This document shows, one piece after another, positions 29,172 to 37,593 of a stretch of DNA of 64,000 bases. Within the stretch, counting starts at the first letter, position 1. Every line of letters starts with the position of its first letter. The notes beneath the pieces were generated by a model that was not told the DNA's origin, ran no database searches, and saw nothing but the letters and a program-made list of their open reading frames with translations. The stretch lies in the NCBI GenBank assembly GCA_035315185.1, contig DATFYE010000101.1, forward strand, positions 115 to 64,114, read 5' to 3'. A program made the position numbers and the translations under genes. This stretch comes from Syntrophorhabdales bacterium. GTDB lineage: Bacteria; Desulfobacterota; Syntrophorhabdia; Syntrophorhabdales; WCHB1-27.

Positions 29172-30293
29172 TTATAAAGACTTTCTGAATATGCGATATT
29201 TTTTGTACTTTTTTGCGCCAGCTTCCTCTATCAATGAGTTGATGGACTCGTTGTCCTCCAGGGTCCAGCCCAACTCCAGATAATGATATTTCTCTTTTTT
29301 CCTCACAACCTCATAGATGTGGTGGAAGGCTAACATGGGGAGTCCCAGTTGTCGGTACTTCTCCTTGATCCCGAACATCAACAACCGCAATCCGTTGATC
29401 TCCCGCCGATACATGAGGAACTTCAGCACACCCATCAGACCGATCCGCCCGTTGAGACGCTTGAGCAATGGGTTAATGTCAGGAAAGATCACGCAGAACG
29501 CTGCGGGCTCATCCTCATAATAGATGAAGAAAACCATGTCCGGATCCACGAATTCCATTACGTTCTTTTGAATGTCCCGCATCTCATTATCGCTCAGGGG
29601 GACGAAACCCCAGTTACTGGACCAGGCGGCATTATATATCTCTCTGATCAGAGCAAACTCAGAGTCCGGATCCTTCGGACGAGAGACCCTGATGTGAATA
29701 CCTCTTTTTTGGGTGATCCGCTCAGCAAGACGATCCATCCACTCGGGAAGCCGGTAATCGCCATCTATCAAAAAGGCCGCCAGGTCCTTTTCTTTGGTGA
29801 AACCGCACGATTCTACCAACCCTGGGTAGTACGGCGGGTTGTAAGCCATCATCAAGGCAGGCGGATAATTGAATCCCTCAATGAGCAGGCCCACCTCGTA
29901 ATTGGTGGACGGGTTGAGCGGGCCTCTCAGGAAGGTCATCCCCTTCTGGCGAACCCACGTCTCCACGGAAGAGAAGAGGGCCGCCGCGGCCTCCGGATCG
30001 TCAGCACATTCGAAGAATCCCCAAATGCCCATCTTTTCGCTGTGAAACTGGTTATAATGGCGGTCTATAATGCCTACAATCCTTCCCACCGTCTCCGAAC
30101 CGCGTCGGGCCAGAAAGAGGATACGCTCGGAAAACTCCCAGAAAGGGTGTCTGCTGGAGTCCAGCATCCGGCGAACCTCCTTCTTAAGGGGAGGAACCCA
30201 GTTGGGGTACTCAGCATAGATCTTCCATGGGAGGTCAATGAAGTCCTTTAATGCCGAGCCGCCTTCGACAGCAATAATCTCTATGCTGGCCAT
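29172..30293 (-). CDS. GNAT-fold acyltransferase-like protein (family not named)
   Basis: 373 aa. The C-terminal segment GIKEKYRQLGLPMLAFHHIY..LELGWTLEDN looks like a GNAT acyl-CoA-binding core. The N-terminal half also looks GNAT-like. 45 nt upstream of the synthase gene. Confidence 0.5.
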   Translation of the reverse strand: MASIEIIAVEGGSALKDFIDLPWKIYAEYPNWVPPLKKEVRRMLDSSRHPFWEFSERILFLARRGSETVGRIVGIIDRHYNQFHSEKMGIWGFFECADDPEAAAALFSSVETWVRQKGMTFLRGPLNPSTNYEVGLLIEGFNYPPALMMAYNPPYYPGLVESCGFTKEKDLAAFLIDGDYRLPEWMDRLAERITQKRGIHIRVSRPKDPDSEFALIREIYNAAWSSNWGFVPLSDNEMRDIQKNVMEFVDPDMVFFIYYEDEPAAFCVIFPDINPLLKRLNGRIGLMGVLKFLMYRREINGLRLLMFGIKEKYRQLGLPMLAFHHIYEVVRKKEKYHYLELGWTLEDNESINSLIEEAGAKKYKKYRIFRKSL

Positions 30294-30330
30294 AATCGTT
30301 CCCTTCGAGAGGTTACCACCGAAACATTAC

Positions 30331-30359
30331 AAATTAGCATGTACAGAGTCTTGACGCAA
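30331..30359 (-). promoter_or_regulatory. sigma70-like promoter candidate for the synthase operon
   Basis: On the minus strand: TTGCGT (30359-30354), 17 nt, TAATTT (30336-30331), about 38 nt upstream of the GNAT-like start. Confidence 0.35.
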
Positions 30360-30376
30360 AATTTCTAAGGCAGAGA

Positions 30377-30943
30377 TTACTTTTCCACTTGTTTTCGTAT
30401 TCTTTCAACATCTGCATGCTTCACGTATCCAACGATTCGAAACCATAGCGGACGGAATCCATATCCCCCGTGCTCCATTTCCTGGATCGCGTCTTCTTTC
30501 GTCCATCCTTGCTCTACCACTCTGAACATCGCGATCATAACACCCACTCTATCCGCACCACGCGAACAGTGTATCAGGAAAGGACCGTTTTCCCTTTTGC
30601 GGATTATTCGTAGAACTCTGACTACGTCTGCATCTTCAATATGCCACACATTTACGCTCAACTCTTCAACGCGTAATCCTGTCCCCTTGATCTTATCAGA
30701 ATCAGAATAGAACGCCCGCAGGTTTATTATGGTCTTTATCCCCAGCTCCTTGAGGTTCTTCATCCCTTCCTCAATTGGCTGCTCGCTTCTATAAAGATAA
30801 TCGGTGACCTTAAAAAGATTAGCAACTCCCCGCAACTGGACCGGCGTCGCCCATTCTGCCGGCCGATTGGGTTCTACTCTGTTTGAAGCGCAACTCAGGG
30901 CGGAGGACACAAAAATCAATAGCAGGGGAATTGCTTTTATCAT
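30377..30943 (-). CDS. secreted/lipoprotein dual-specificity (Cys-based) phosphatase
   Basis: Signal with Cys (SSALSCAS). P-loop HCSRGADRVG (HCxxGxxR). Confidence 0.75.
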   Translation of the reverse strand: MIKAIPLLLIFVSSALSCASNRVEPNRPAEWATPVQLRGVANLFKVTDYLYRSEQPIEEGMKNLKELGIKTIINLRAFYSDSDKIKGTGLRVEELSVNVWHIEDADVVRVLRIIRKRENGPFLIHCSRGADRVGVMIAMFRVVEQGWTKEDAIQEMEHGGYGFRPLWFRIVGYVKHADVERIRKQVEK

Positions 30944-31115
30944 ATGAGTTTTTCCAGCATTGTCTTTTGTTGCTAAGAGATGTCTTTAGCTATTATTGAG
31001 AACAAAATAGATTCTTGTCAAGTAATGTCACGACATAATGAGAGAAGCATGCTTGAGAATCCCGAAGGACATGGTGCTTAAACCTTGAAGATTTCCGAAT
31101 TCGTGCTGAAGTTTG

Positions 31116-32543
31116 ATGATGAATAAAATTTTTTCTTTCTTTTTCTTCTCTCTGTTGGTTTCCATCGTGACTCTCGGCGGTGGATGTGCGACCTTGCCGA
31201 ACGTTACTGAAACGATTAATGAGGCACCGACGACCCAGGCACCGCCTCAAATCGCTTCGGCCAAAGGACTATTATCTCCCAAACAGAGCAAGGCCCTCAT
31301 GGAACGATTGCAGCGATCCGTCGACCCGACGGACATGCTGCAACGCTATAGCGCTGTAATAGAATCGGTGAGTGAAAGCCCGTTGACGAAGGGAAACAAA
31401 GTCACGCTGCTCGTTGATGGTGCGGCTACCTATGCCGCCATGTTCAAAGCGGTGGAGAATGCCAGAGACCATATCAACATTGAAACCTATACCATGGAAG
31501 ATATTGAAGACGAGACGGGTCGTAAATTTGCCGATCTATTGTTGCAGAAGCAGGCAGAAGGTCTCCAGGTAAATCTCATCTATGACAGTTTAGGCAGTTT
31601 CAGCACTCCCGCTGCATTCTTTCAGCGCCTGCGCGATGGAGGAATACAGGTTCTCGAATTTAACCCGCAAAATCCACTCAAGGCCCACGGAAAATGGCGC
31701 CTGGCCAAATCGGATCACCGCAAGATTCTGATCGTCGACGGCAAAGTGGCCATCACCGGGGGCGTTAACATCAGCCAGGTTTATTCAAGCGGGTCTTCCG
31801 GAGTTGGAGGTGAAAAAGAGGCAGAGATACCATGGCGTGATACGGACGTTCAGATCGAAGGTCCTGCCGTGGCCGAGTTCCAGAAACTGTTTCTTGACAC
31901 GTGGCAGCAGCAGAAGGGTCCGAAACTCCCCGATCGGAACTACTTCCCCGATATGAAGGAACAGGGAAATGCCCTGGTGGGGGTGTTGGGCAGCACCCCG
32001 GGGGAGGCCAACAGGATCACTTTTATCATGTACGTGGCCGCCATCACGTTTGCCGAGAACTCGCTCCATATGACGAATGCCTATTTTGTCCCCGATTCGC
32101 AGATACTCAAAGCCCTCACCGATGCCGCAAAGCGCGGTGTAGATGTAAAAATTATTCTTCCTGGAGCCACCGATAGATCGCTGGCCCAATATGCGGGACA
32201 ATATCATTACTCCGATCTTTTGAAATCGGGGGTGAGGTTGTACAAACGCCGTAATGTCCTGCTCCATGCAAAAACTCTGGTAATTGACGACGTCTGGTCG
32301 ACCGTAGGCTCCACCAATATGGAGTGGTGGAGCTTTTCAACCAATGACGAGGTGAACGCGGTTATTCTGAACCGCGAGTTCGCTATGGAAATGGAGAAGA
32401 TGTTCGCCAGGGATCTTGCGGAGTCCGACCAGATTCGATGGGAAGAGTGGAAAAAGAGACCTTTGCTCATCAAGATCAGGGAGTGGTTCTCGCATCTATT
32501 TGCTCACCGGTCGGATAGTAACGTCGAAAATGGATTTGCTTAG
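31116..32543 (+). CDS. phospholipase D / cardiolipin synthase family protein
   Basis: Two HKD motifs: HRKILIVDGKVAITGGVNIS and LHAKTLVIDDVWSTVGSTNM. N-terminal signal/lipobox-like LGGGC. Confidence 0.85.
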   Translation: MMNKIFSFFFFSLLVSIVTLGGGCATLPNVTETINEAPTTQAPPQIASAKGLLSPKQSKALMERLQRSVDPTDMLQRYSAVIESVSESPLTKGNKVTLLVDGAATYAAMFKAVENARDHINIETYTMEDIEDETGRKFADLLLQKQAEGLQVNLIYDSLGSFSTPAAFFQRLRDGGIQVLEFNPQNPLKAHGKWRLAKSDHRKILIVDGKVAITGGVNISQVYSSGSSGVGGEKEAEIPWRDTDVQIEGPAVAEFQKLFLDTWQQQKGPKLPDRNYFPDMKEQGNALVGVLGSTPGEANRITFIMYVAAITFAENSLHMTNAYFVPDSQILKALTDAAKRGVDVKIILPGATDRSLAQYAGQYHYSDLLKSGVRLYKRRNVLLHAKTLVIDDVWSTVGSTNMEWWSFSTNDEVNAVILNREFAMEMEKMFARDLAESDQIRWEEWKKRPLLIKIREWFSHLFAHRSDSNVENGFA

Positions 32544-32577
32544 ATAGTTACTCGGCCTCCGGCCCCCCACTTTTTTT

Positions 32578-32689
32578 TCAATCCCTGTAGTAAAAAAGAC
32601 CACACGCTTGTCTGCATGAAAGTACTACAAAATAATTGTTGGTTTTGCGACAGACGTGAGTCTCCGCTTGTCGTATCGTACTGTAGATG
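32578..32689 (+). repeat. stress-leader element copy B
   Basis: tCAATCCCTGTAGTAAAAAAGACCACACGCTTGTCTGCATGAAAGTACTACAAAATAATTGTTGGTTTTGCGACAGAC plus hairpin CGACAGACG/CGCTTGTCG. A T8 tract lies just upstream. About 97 nt upstream of ATG 32786. Confidence 0.8.
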
Positions 32690-32785
32690 TCTTTCCTGGT
32701 GCAGATAATGAAGACTTATTGTGATTTATCAGGTGAGCATCGGAGAGTTTTTCTTAAGACTAATAAACATGGAGGACTAAAAAAC

Positions 32786-33061
32786 ATGCGCGTCACTTAC
32801 CGTCACGAATTAACGAAACAGATTTCACCGGCTCTAAATTATGCTGAAACAAGTACACCTTTTCATGGCGGGAATGGAAACGGAGAAGACACTGTCGCTG
32901 GCAGGGTACATAAAATTCTCGTGTTAACGTTGGCATGTTTCGACAAGTGGCTGAAACCTCTGGTCTCACAGGCAGAAAGGCAGAGCCTGAGTCCTATTCA
33001 GGAGTACGATCCCTATGTACAGGGCTTGCTGAGATCTCTCCAGAGCCAGCGAAGGGATTGA
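32786..33061 (+). CDS. hypothetical protein
   Basis: ATG preceded by GGAGGAC. No recognised family. Confidence 0.35.
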   Translation: MRVTYRHELTKQISPALNYAETSTPFHGGNGNGEDTVAGRVHKILVLTLACFDKWLKPLVSQAERQSLSPIQEYDPYVQGLLRSLQSQRRD

Positions 33062-33129
33062 ACATGACCGGAACAAGTAATGAAAATATTGTAGCTACAT
33101 AAGAAGAGAAAAATAGCGCAAAGAAGAAC

Positions 33130-33399
33130 ATGAAAAGGCGCATTACTTTCAAGTTTCATGCACCAGGAGCGAAGAGTGTTCATCTCGCCGGGACTTTCAA
33201 TGGATGGGATACAAGTTCCCGTCCTCTCAGGCAGGACAAGAGGAGCAAGGTAAAGGGCATGTGGCAAAGGACTTTCTACTTGGAACAAGGTGTCTATGAA
33301 TACCGCTTTATTGTTGATGGTAGACGGCACGATGATCCAAGCGTCACGGAACGACGGACAAATGAGTTTGGCAGCTTCGATTGCGTTATTTGGGTATGA
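33130..33399 (+). CDS. glycogen-binding (CBM48/AMPK-beta-like) domain protein
   Basis: ITFKFHAPGAKSVHLAGTFNGWD...G.W...LEQGVYEYRFIVDG matches the CBM48 early-set pattern. Confidence 0.65.
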   Translation: MKRRITFKFHAPGAKSVHLAGTFNGWDTSSRPLRQDKRSKVKGMWQRTFYLEQGVYEYRFIVDGRRHDDPSVTERRTNEFGSFDCVIWV

Positions 33400-33463
33400 C
33401 GGGAAAGACTCAACAGGTGGCAGGCCATTATGTTTGCACCTTATTAGCGGAAAGGAGGCAACC

Positions 33464-33610
33464 ATGCTTTGGACCATATGCGTAATTCTCTTCATTTTGT
33501 GGTTGTTGGGATTTATTAGTGGCCACACGGGTGGTGGACTCATTCATATCCTGGTGGTTATTGCCGTCATCGTGTTAGTCGTCCAACTTATTCAGGGACG
33601 AAGAGGATAG
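33464..33610 (+). CDS. lmo0937-family small membrane protein (48 aa)
   Basis: AAAGGAGG RBS. MLWTICVILFILWLLGFISGHTGGGLIHILVVIAVIVLVVQLIQGRRG. Confidence 0.65.
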   Translation: MLWTICVILFILWLLGFISGHTGGGLIHILVVIAVIVLVVQLIQGRRG

Positions 33611-33768
33611 TAGCGATTCAGAGCCTTGCCGGAGAGGGTGAGGTGTCTGGAAAGGAGGTGGTGGGCAGGTCCGGAAACATTGTGCCGAGGTTTGCGATGC
33701 CTTCAGGAGAAAAGGTCTCGCAAATAACCATTTCACTCACAAATTTATTACAAGGAGGAGTACTCGCT

Positions 33769-34083
33769 ATGAAAAAAAGAAATGTCTTTATTCCCTTTTT
33801 GCTCGTTCTCATGCTGATCGCCACCTTTGCGTCCTGTGCATCCACACCCAAACAGGAAAGCACCGGTGAATATGTCGACGATTCGGTCATCACGACCAAG
33901 GTAAAATCCCTGCTCGCAGCGGATGATTTTCTCAAGTCATTCCAGATCGGTGTCGAAAGTTACAAGGGCATTGTCCAACTGAGCGGCTTCGTTAATTCCC
34001 AGAATGCCGTCGATAAGGCAGGTCAAATAGCAGGGAGCGTCAAAGGGGTCAGATCGGTAAAGAATAATCTGATCGTGAAGTAG
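33769..34083 (+). CDS. BON domain lipoprotein
   Basis: GGAGG RBS. Lipobox FASCAS. BON pattern DDSVITTKVKSLL...IGVESYKGIVQLSGFV...VKGVRSVKNNL. Confidence 0.8.
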   Translation: MKKRNVFIPFLLVLMLIATFASCASTPKQESTGEYVDDSVITTKVKSLLAADDFLKSFQIGVESYKGIVQLSGFVNSQNAVDKAGQIAGSVKGVRSVKNNLIVK

Positions 34084-34225
34084 GCGATTGTTGTCCTAAT
34101 CACTGATGGAGCAAAGGCGGCCACAGCCAGACATTTCCATGTTACCTCGCCGGCGCATGCGGCCGACCCGGGTTCCACCCGGCGGTTGATGCGTCGGGCG
34201 TAGGGCACTGAAAAAGGAAAAAACG

Positions 34226-34687
34226 ATGCGGGCGATTGGCAACCTGCTCTGGTTTATTCTCGGCGGGGTATGGATGGGGCTTGCATGGTGGATTGCCGGT
34301 TTGCTGGCGTATGTGTCGGCAGTCGGTATCCCCTGGGGTAAGGCATGCTTCGTTATCGGCCAGTTCACCTTCTTTCCATTCGGTAAAGAAGCAATCAGTC
34401 GGAAAGAGCTAACACAGAAAGATGATATTGGCACCGGTTCCCTGGGAACCGTCGGAAACGTTATTTGGTTCGTCTTTGCCGGCATCTGGCTGGCGCTCGG
34501 GCATGTGTCTTCAGCTTTACTTAACTTCATCACGATTATCGGTATTCCGTTTGGGATACAACACCTGAAATTGGCCGGTATTGCGCTGGCCCCTATCGGC
34601 AAAACGATTGTCTCGAAAGAAGTGGCAGCAGCTGCAAGAAAGGCCAACGAGGAGGCAAGGGTGGCGGCTTTGCGGAAGAACGCCTAA
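34226..34687 (+). CDS. YccF family inner membrane protein
   Basis: Duplicated NLLWFILGG.W / NVIWFVFAGIW and GIPFG motifs typical of YccF. Confidence 0.85.
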   Translation: MRAIGNLLWFILGGVWMGLAWWIAGLLAYVSAVGIPWGKACFVIGQFTFFPFGKEAISRKELTQKDDIGTGSLGTVGNVIWFVFAGIWLALGHVSSALLNFITIIGIPFGIQHLKLAGIALAPIGKTIVSKEVAAAARKANEEARVAALRKNA

Positions 34688-34723
34688 CTCTTAGAGAGGG
34701 ACGCGCCGGTCGATGAGAAAACA

Positions 34724-36229
34724 ATGAAAGTACTTCTCGTGTATCCCAAGTACCCCGATACCTTCTGGAGCTTCAAGTATGCCCTGACGTTCATATCCAA
34801 AAGAGCTCTTCACCCACCACTCGGCCTGTTAACGGTCGCCGCAATGCTTCCTGAGGAATGGGAGAAACGGCTCATAGACATGAATAGTGCGAACTTGAAA
34901 GACCAGGACCTTCAATGGGCGGACTATGTGTTCATTGGTGCCATGGCCGTCCAGAAGGAATCGACCAGACAGGTCATTTCCAGGTGCAAGGAGTTGGGAG
35001 CTAAGATCGTTGCGGGGGGTCCGCTCTTCACTGCGGCCTGCGACGATTTCCAGGAAGTGGACCACCTGGTACTCAATGAGGCCGAGACTACATTCCCGCT
35101 CTTCTTAGGAGACCTTGCCAAGGGTACAGCCAAACATCTCTATACCTGCAACACATTTCCCAGTCTGGACAAGACGCCCATCCCCCTGTGGGAACTTATT
35201 GATATGAAAAGATACGTCTCGATGAATATTCAATATTCCCGGGGTTGCCCCTTTAGCTGCGAATTTTGCGATATTACCACCCTTTATGGCCGCAGGAGTC
35301 GAACCAAGAGCGTGGACCAGATACTCGATGAATTGGAAGCTCTGTATTTACTTGGCTGGAGGGGTGGCGTCTTTTTTGTTGATGATAATTTCATAGGCAA
35401 CAAGAAGAAACTCAGGGAAGATGTCTTGCCCGCGATGATCGACTGGATGAAGAGAAGAAAATATCCCTTTGATTTTGGGACTGAAGCATCAATAGATCTC
35501 GCGGACGATGAAGGACTGATAAAGCTGATGATCCAGGCCGGCTTTGAATCTGTTTTTGTCGGCATCGAAACGCCGGATGATCGGGCCCTGAAGGAATGCA
35601 GCAAATTCCAAAACGCAAACCGTGATCTCGTCGCCAGCGTGAAAAGAATCCAGAAGTTCGGTTTAAGTGTGCGAGGGGGCTTCATCGTGGGATTTGACAA
35701 TGATGCTCCTGACATATTTCAACGACAGATCGAGTTCGTCCAAAAAAGCAGGATTATTACCGCCATGGTAGGGATGCTGAATGCCCCGCGTGGGAGTCGA
35801 CTCTACGAACGCCTTCAAAGAGAAGGCAGGTTGTTAAAGGATGCTTCCGGCGATAACACGGATTTCTCAACCAACATTCTCCCCAAGATGGGTTACGAAA
35901 AGCTTGCCGAGGGATATCGAAAGATAATCGGCGGTGTCTATTCGCCTGAATTGTACTATCAACGCGTGAAGGCGTTTCTAAGGGAATACCGGCCTCTGGA
36001 AAAGAGAAAAAGACACATCGATCTCAGGTATATCTGGTCTCATTTCAGTTACTTCGGCGCCCCTTTGAAGTCTATGGTGGTATTAGGCATGAAGGATAAA
36101 AAAGCCAGGCTCTACTATTGGAAGCTCCTTTTTTGGTCTCTGTTCAGACGGCCCCGGCTCCTTCCCATGGCACTAACTTATTCCATCTATGGGTTCCATT
36201 TCCGAAAAGTCTTGGGAGATCATCGGTAA
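34724..36229 (+). CDS. B12-binding radical SAM protein with DUF4070-like C-terminus
   Basis: MKVLLVYPKYPDTFWSF N-terminus. CxxxCxxC in SRGCPFSCEFCD. Long C-terminal helical extension. Confidence 0.9.
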   Translation: MKVLLVYPKYPDTFWSFKYALTFISKRALHPPLGLLTVAAMLPEEWEKRLIDMNSANLKDQDLQWADYVFIGAMAVQKESTRQVISRCKELGAKIVAGGPLFTAACDDFQEVDHLVLNEAETTFPLFLGDLAKGTAKHLYTCNTFPSLDKTPIPLWELIDMKRYVSMNIQYSRGCPFSCEFCDITTLYGRRSRTKSVDQILDELEALYLLGWRGGVFFVDDNFIGNKKKLREDVLPAMIDWMKRRKYPFDFGTEASIDLADDEGLIKLMIQAGFESVFVGIETPDDRALKECSKFQNANRDLVASVKRIQKFGLSVRGGFIVGFDNDAPDIFQRQIEFVQKSRIITAMVGMLNAPRGSRLYERLQREGRLLKDASGDNTDFSTNILPKMGYEKLAEGYRKIIGGVYSPELYYQRVKAFLREYRPLEKRKRHIDLRYIWSHFSYFGAPLKSMVVLGMKDKKARLYYWKLLFWSLFRRPRLLPMALTYSIYGFHFRKVLGDHR

Positions 36230-36383
36230 GTGACGTGGGCGAGAACGTGCAGCAGGTGAGTGGCAACGCAGGGCGGCTGAGGGATTTCGTCCAGGACGTC
36301 GGCAACTGTACGACCTTAGTGATGGGTTCTTTGGAGGCCGGTTTTAAGACGGGCTTCGGGGTCCTTTTGAAGAAACTAATTTC

Positions 36384-36417
36384 GGGAGGTGCCCGTTTGA
36401 ATATCCTCCCTTATTTT
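36384..36417 (+). terminator. terminator-like hairpin
   Basis: GGGAGG (36384-36389) pairs with CCTCCC (36405-36410), followed by TTATTTT. The 15-nt loop is long. Confidence 0.35.
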
Positions 36418-36437
36418 GACGAGCAAAGGAGGTAGCA

Positions 36438-36734
36438 ATGGGAAATGAAAAAAGTTGTTCCGGGATGTGCTGTGTGCTGTCGTTTTTGACCGGTACTATT
36501 GTGGGAGGCGGTATTGCTCTCCTGGCAGCCCCGAAATCGGGAAAAAGGACAAGGGAGCAGTTGAAGACGATGGCGGGGGACGCGAAAGAGAAGGCAGAGG
36601 GTTACTACGATGAGATGAAGGACAAAGCGTCCGAAGCAACGGACAAAGTCCAAGGCTATTACCAAGAGGCAAAGCGAACGGTGGAATCTACAGTGGACGC
36701 AGTAAAAAAGACTTTCCAGAAAGCCAAAGAGTGA
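36438..36734 (+). CDS. YtxH domain protein
   Basis: TM segment, then APKSGKRTREQLK and a helical Lys/Glu-rich tail. AAGGAGG RBS. Confidence 0.75.
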   Translation: MGNEKSCSGMCCVLSFLTGTIVGGGIALLAAPKSGKRTREQLKTMAGDAKEKAEGYYDEMKDKASEATDKVQGYYQEAKRTVESTVDAVKKTFQKAKE

Positions 36735-36852
36735 TGCTGCCGGGTCCACGAACCAGCCCCTGCAGGTGGTGGGCGGCATCGTGCTGCTGGCTATAGGAAG
36801 CAAGAAAGGCTGATGAGAGGACGTTCACGGATAAGCTGAAAGGAGGAGAGCT

Positions 36853-37008
36853 ATGCTGGGAACTATTTTGATTATCGTCGTGATTTTGATGCTGGTAGGT
36901 GCAATGCCCAGATGGCCTCACAGCCGAGGGTGGGGTTACTACCCGAGCGGCGGGCTGGGACTTGTCCTGGTCATTCTGATCATCCTGCTGCTACTGGGTC
37001 GGCTTTAG
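36853..37008 (+). CDS. DUF3309 family small membrane protein (51 aa)
   Basis: AGGAGGAG RBS. MLGTILIIVVILMLVGAMPRWPHSRGWGYYPSGGLGLVLVILIILLLLGRL. Confidence 0.75.
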   Translation: MLGTILIIVVILMLVGAMPRWPHSRGWGYYPSGGLGLVLVILIILLLLGRL

Positions 37009-37168
37009 GCGGCCGAGCACTCTTGGTGTCACGCGCAAAAAATAACACCAAGGACTCTTGAACGTATGGCGGCGAACTTGAACCTCAAATCGGCTGCACT
37101 CAGCAGCACATAGCCGGGAGCGGACCCCTGTGGCCTGCTTTCGTTGACAAAACAGGGAGGGTTATATC

Positions 37169-37360
37169 ATGCCTTTAATTCACGTGGTGGTGGTACTGAT
37201 CGTGGTTGGTGTTGTTCTCTGGCTCATCAACCGATTCATCCCGATGGCGGGCTCCATTAAGACGATCTTGAATGCCGTCGTGGTCATTGCCGTTGTCTTG
37301 TGGCTCCTGAGCGTTTTTGGAGTTCTTGGTTCGCTCTCCAATATCCGCGTGGGGAAGTAA
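37169..37360 (+). CDS. small two-TM membrane protein (Thivi_2564-like)
   Basis: GGGAGGG RBS. The LWLINRFIPM.G.IK.ILN.VVVIAVVLWLL pattern matches that family as I recall it. Confidence 0.55.
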   Translation: MPLIHVVVVLIVVGVVLWLINRFIPMAGSIKTILNAVVVIAVVLWLLSVFGVLGSLSNIRVGK

Positions 37361-37447
37361 CTGTCTAGGTTCGCCGCATACGGGACACCGGGATACGGTG
37401 GATCTGGCTCGCCACCGACCGTCTGGAACCTATTTCGGTATGTAACT

Positions 37448-37530
37448 TCCAATCGAAATGCCCGTAACAAGAATGATGACACGCTCGTCTATGGAAGTAG
37501 TACAAAATATTTGGTGGTTCTGCGGCAGAC
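37448..37530 (+). repeat. stress-leader element copy D (5' variant, lacks the hairpins)
   Basis: TCCAAT..CCCGTAACAAGAATGATGACACGCTCGTCTATGGAAGTAGTACAAAATATTTGGTGGTTCTGCGGCAGAC. About 64 nt upstream of ATG 37594. Confidence 0.7.
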
Positions 37531-37593
37531 CGGACACTTTATTTCTTGCAACCTAAACAATATGCAAAAGAATTTCTTAAGGCTGCCTCGGTA

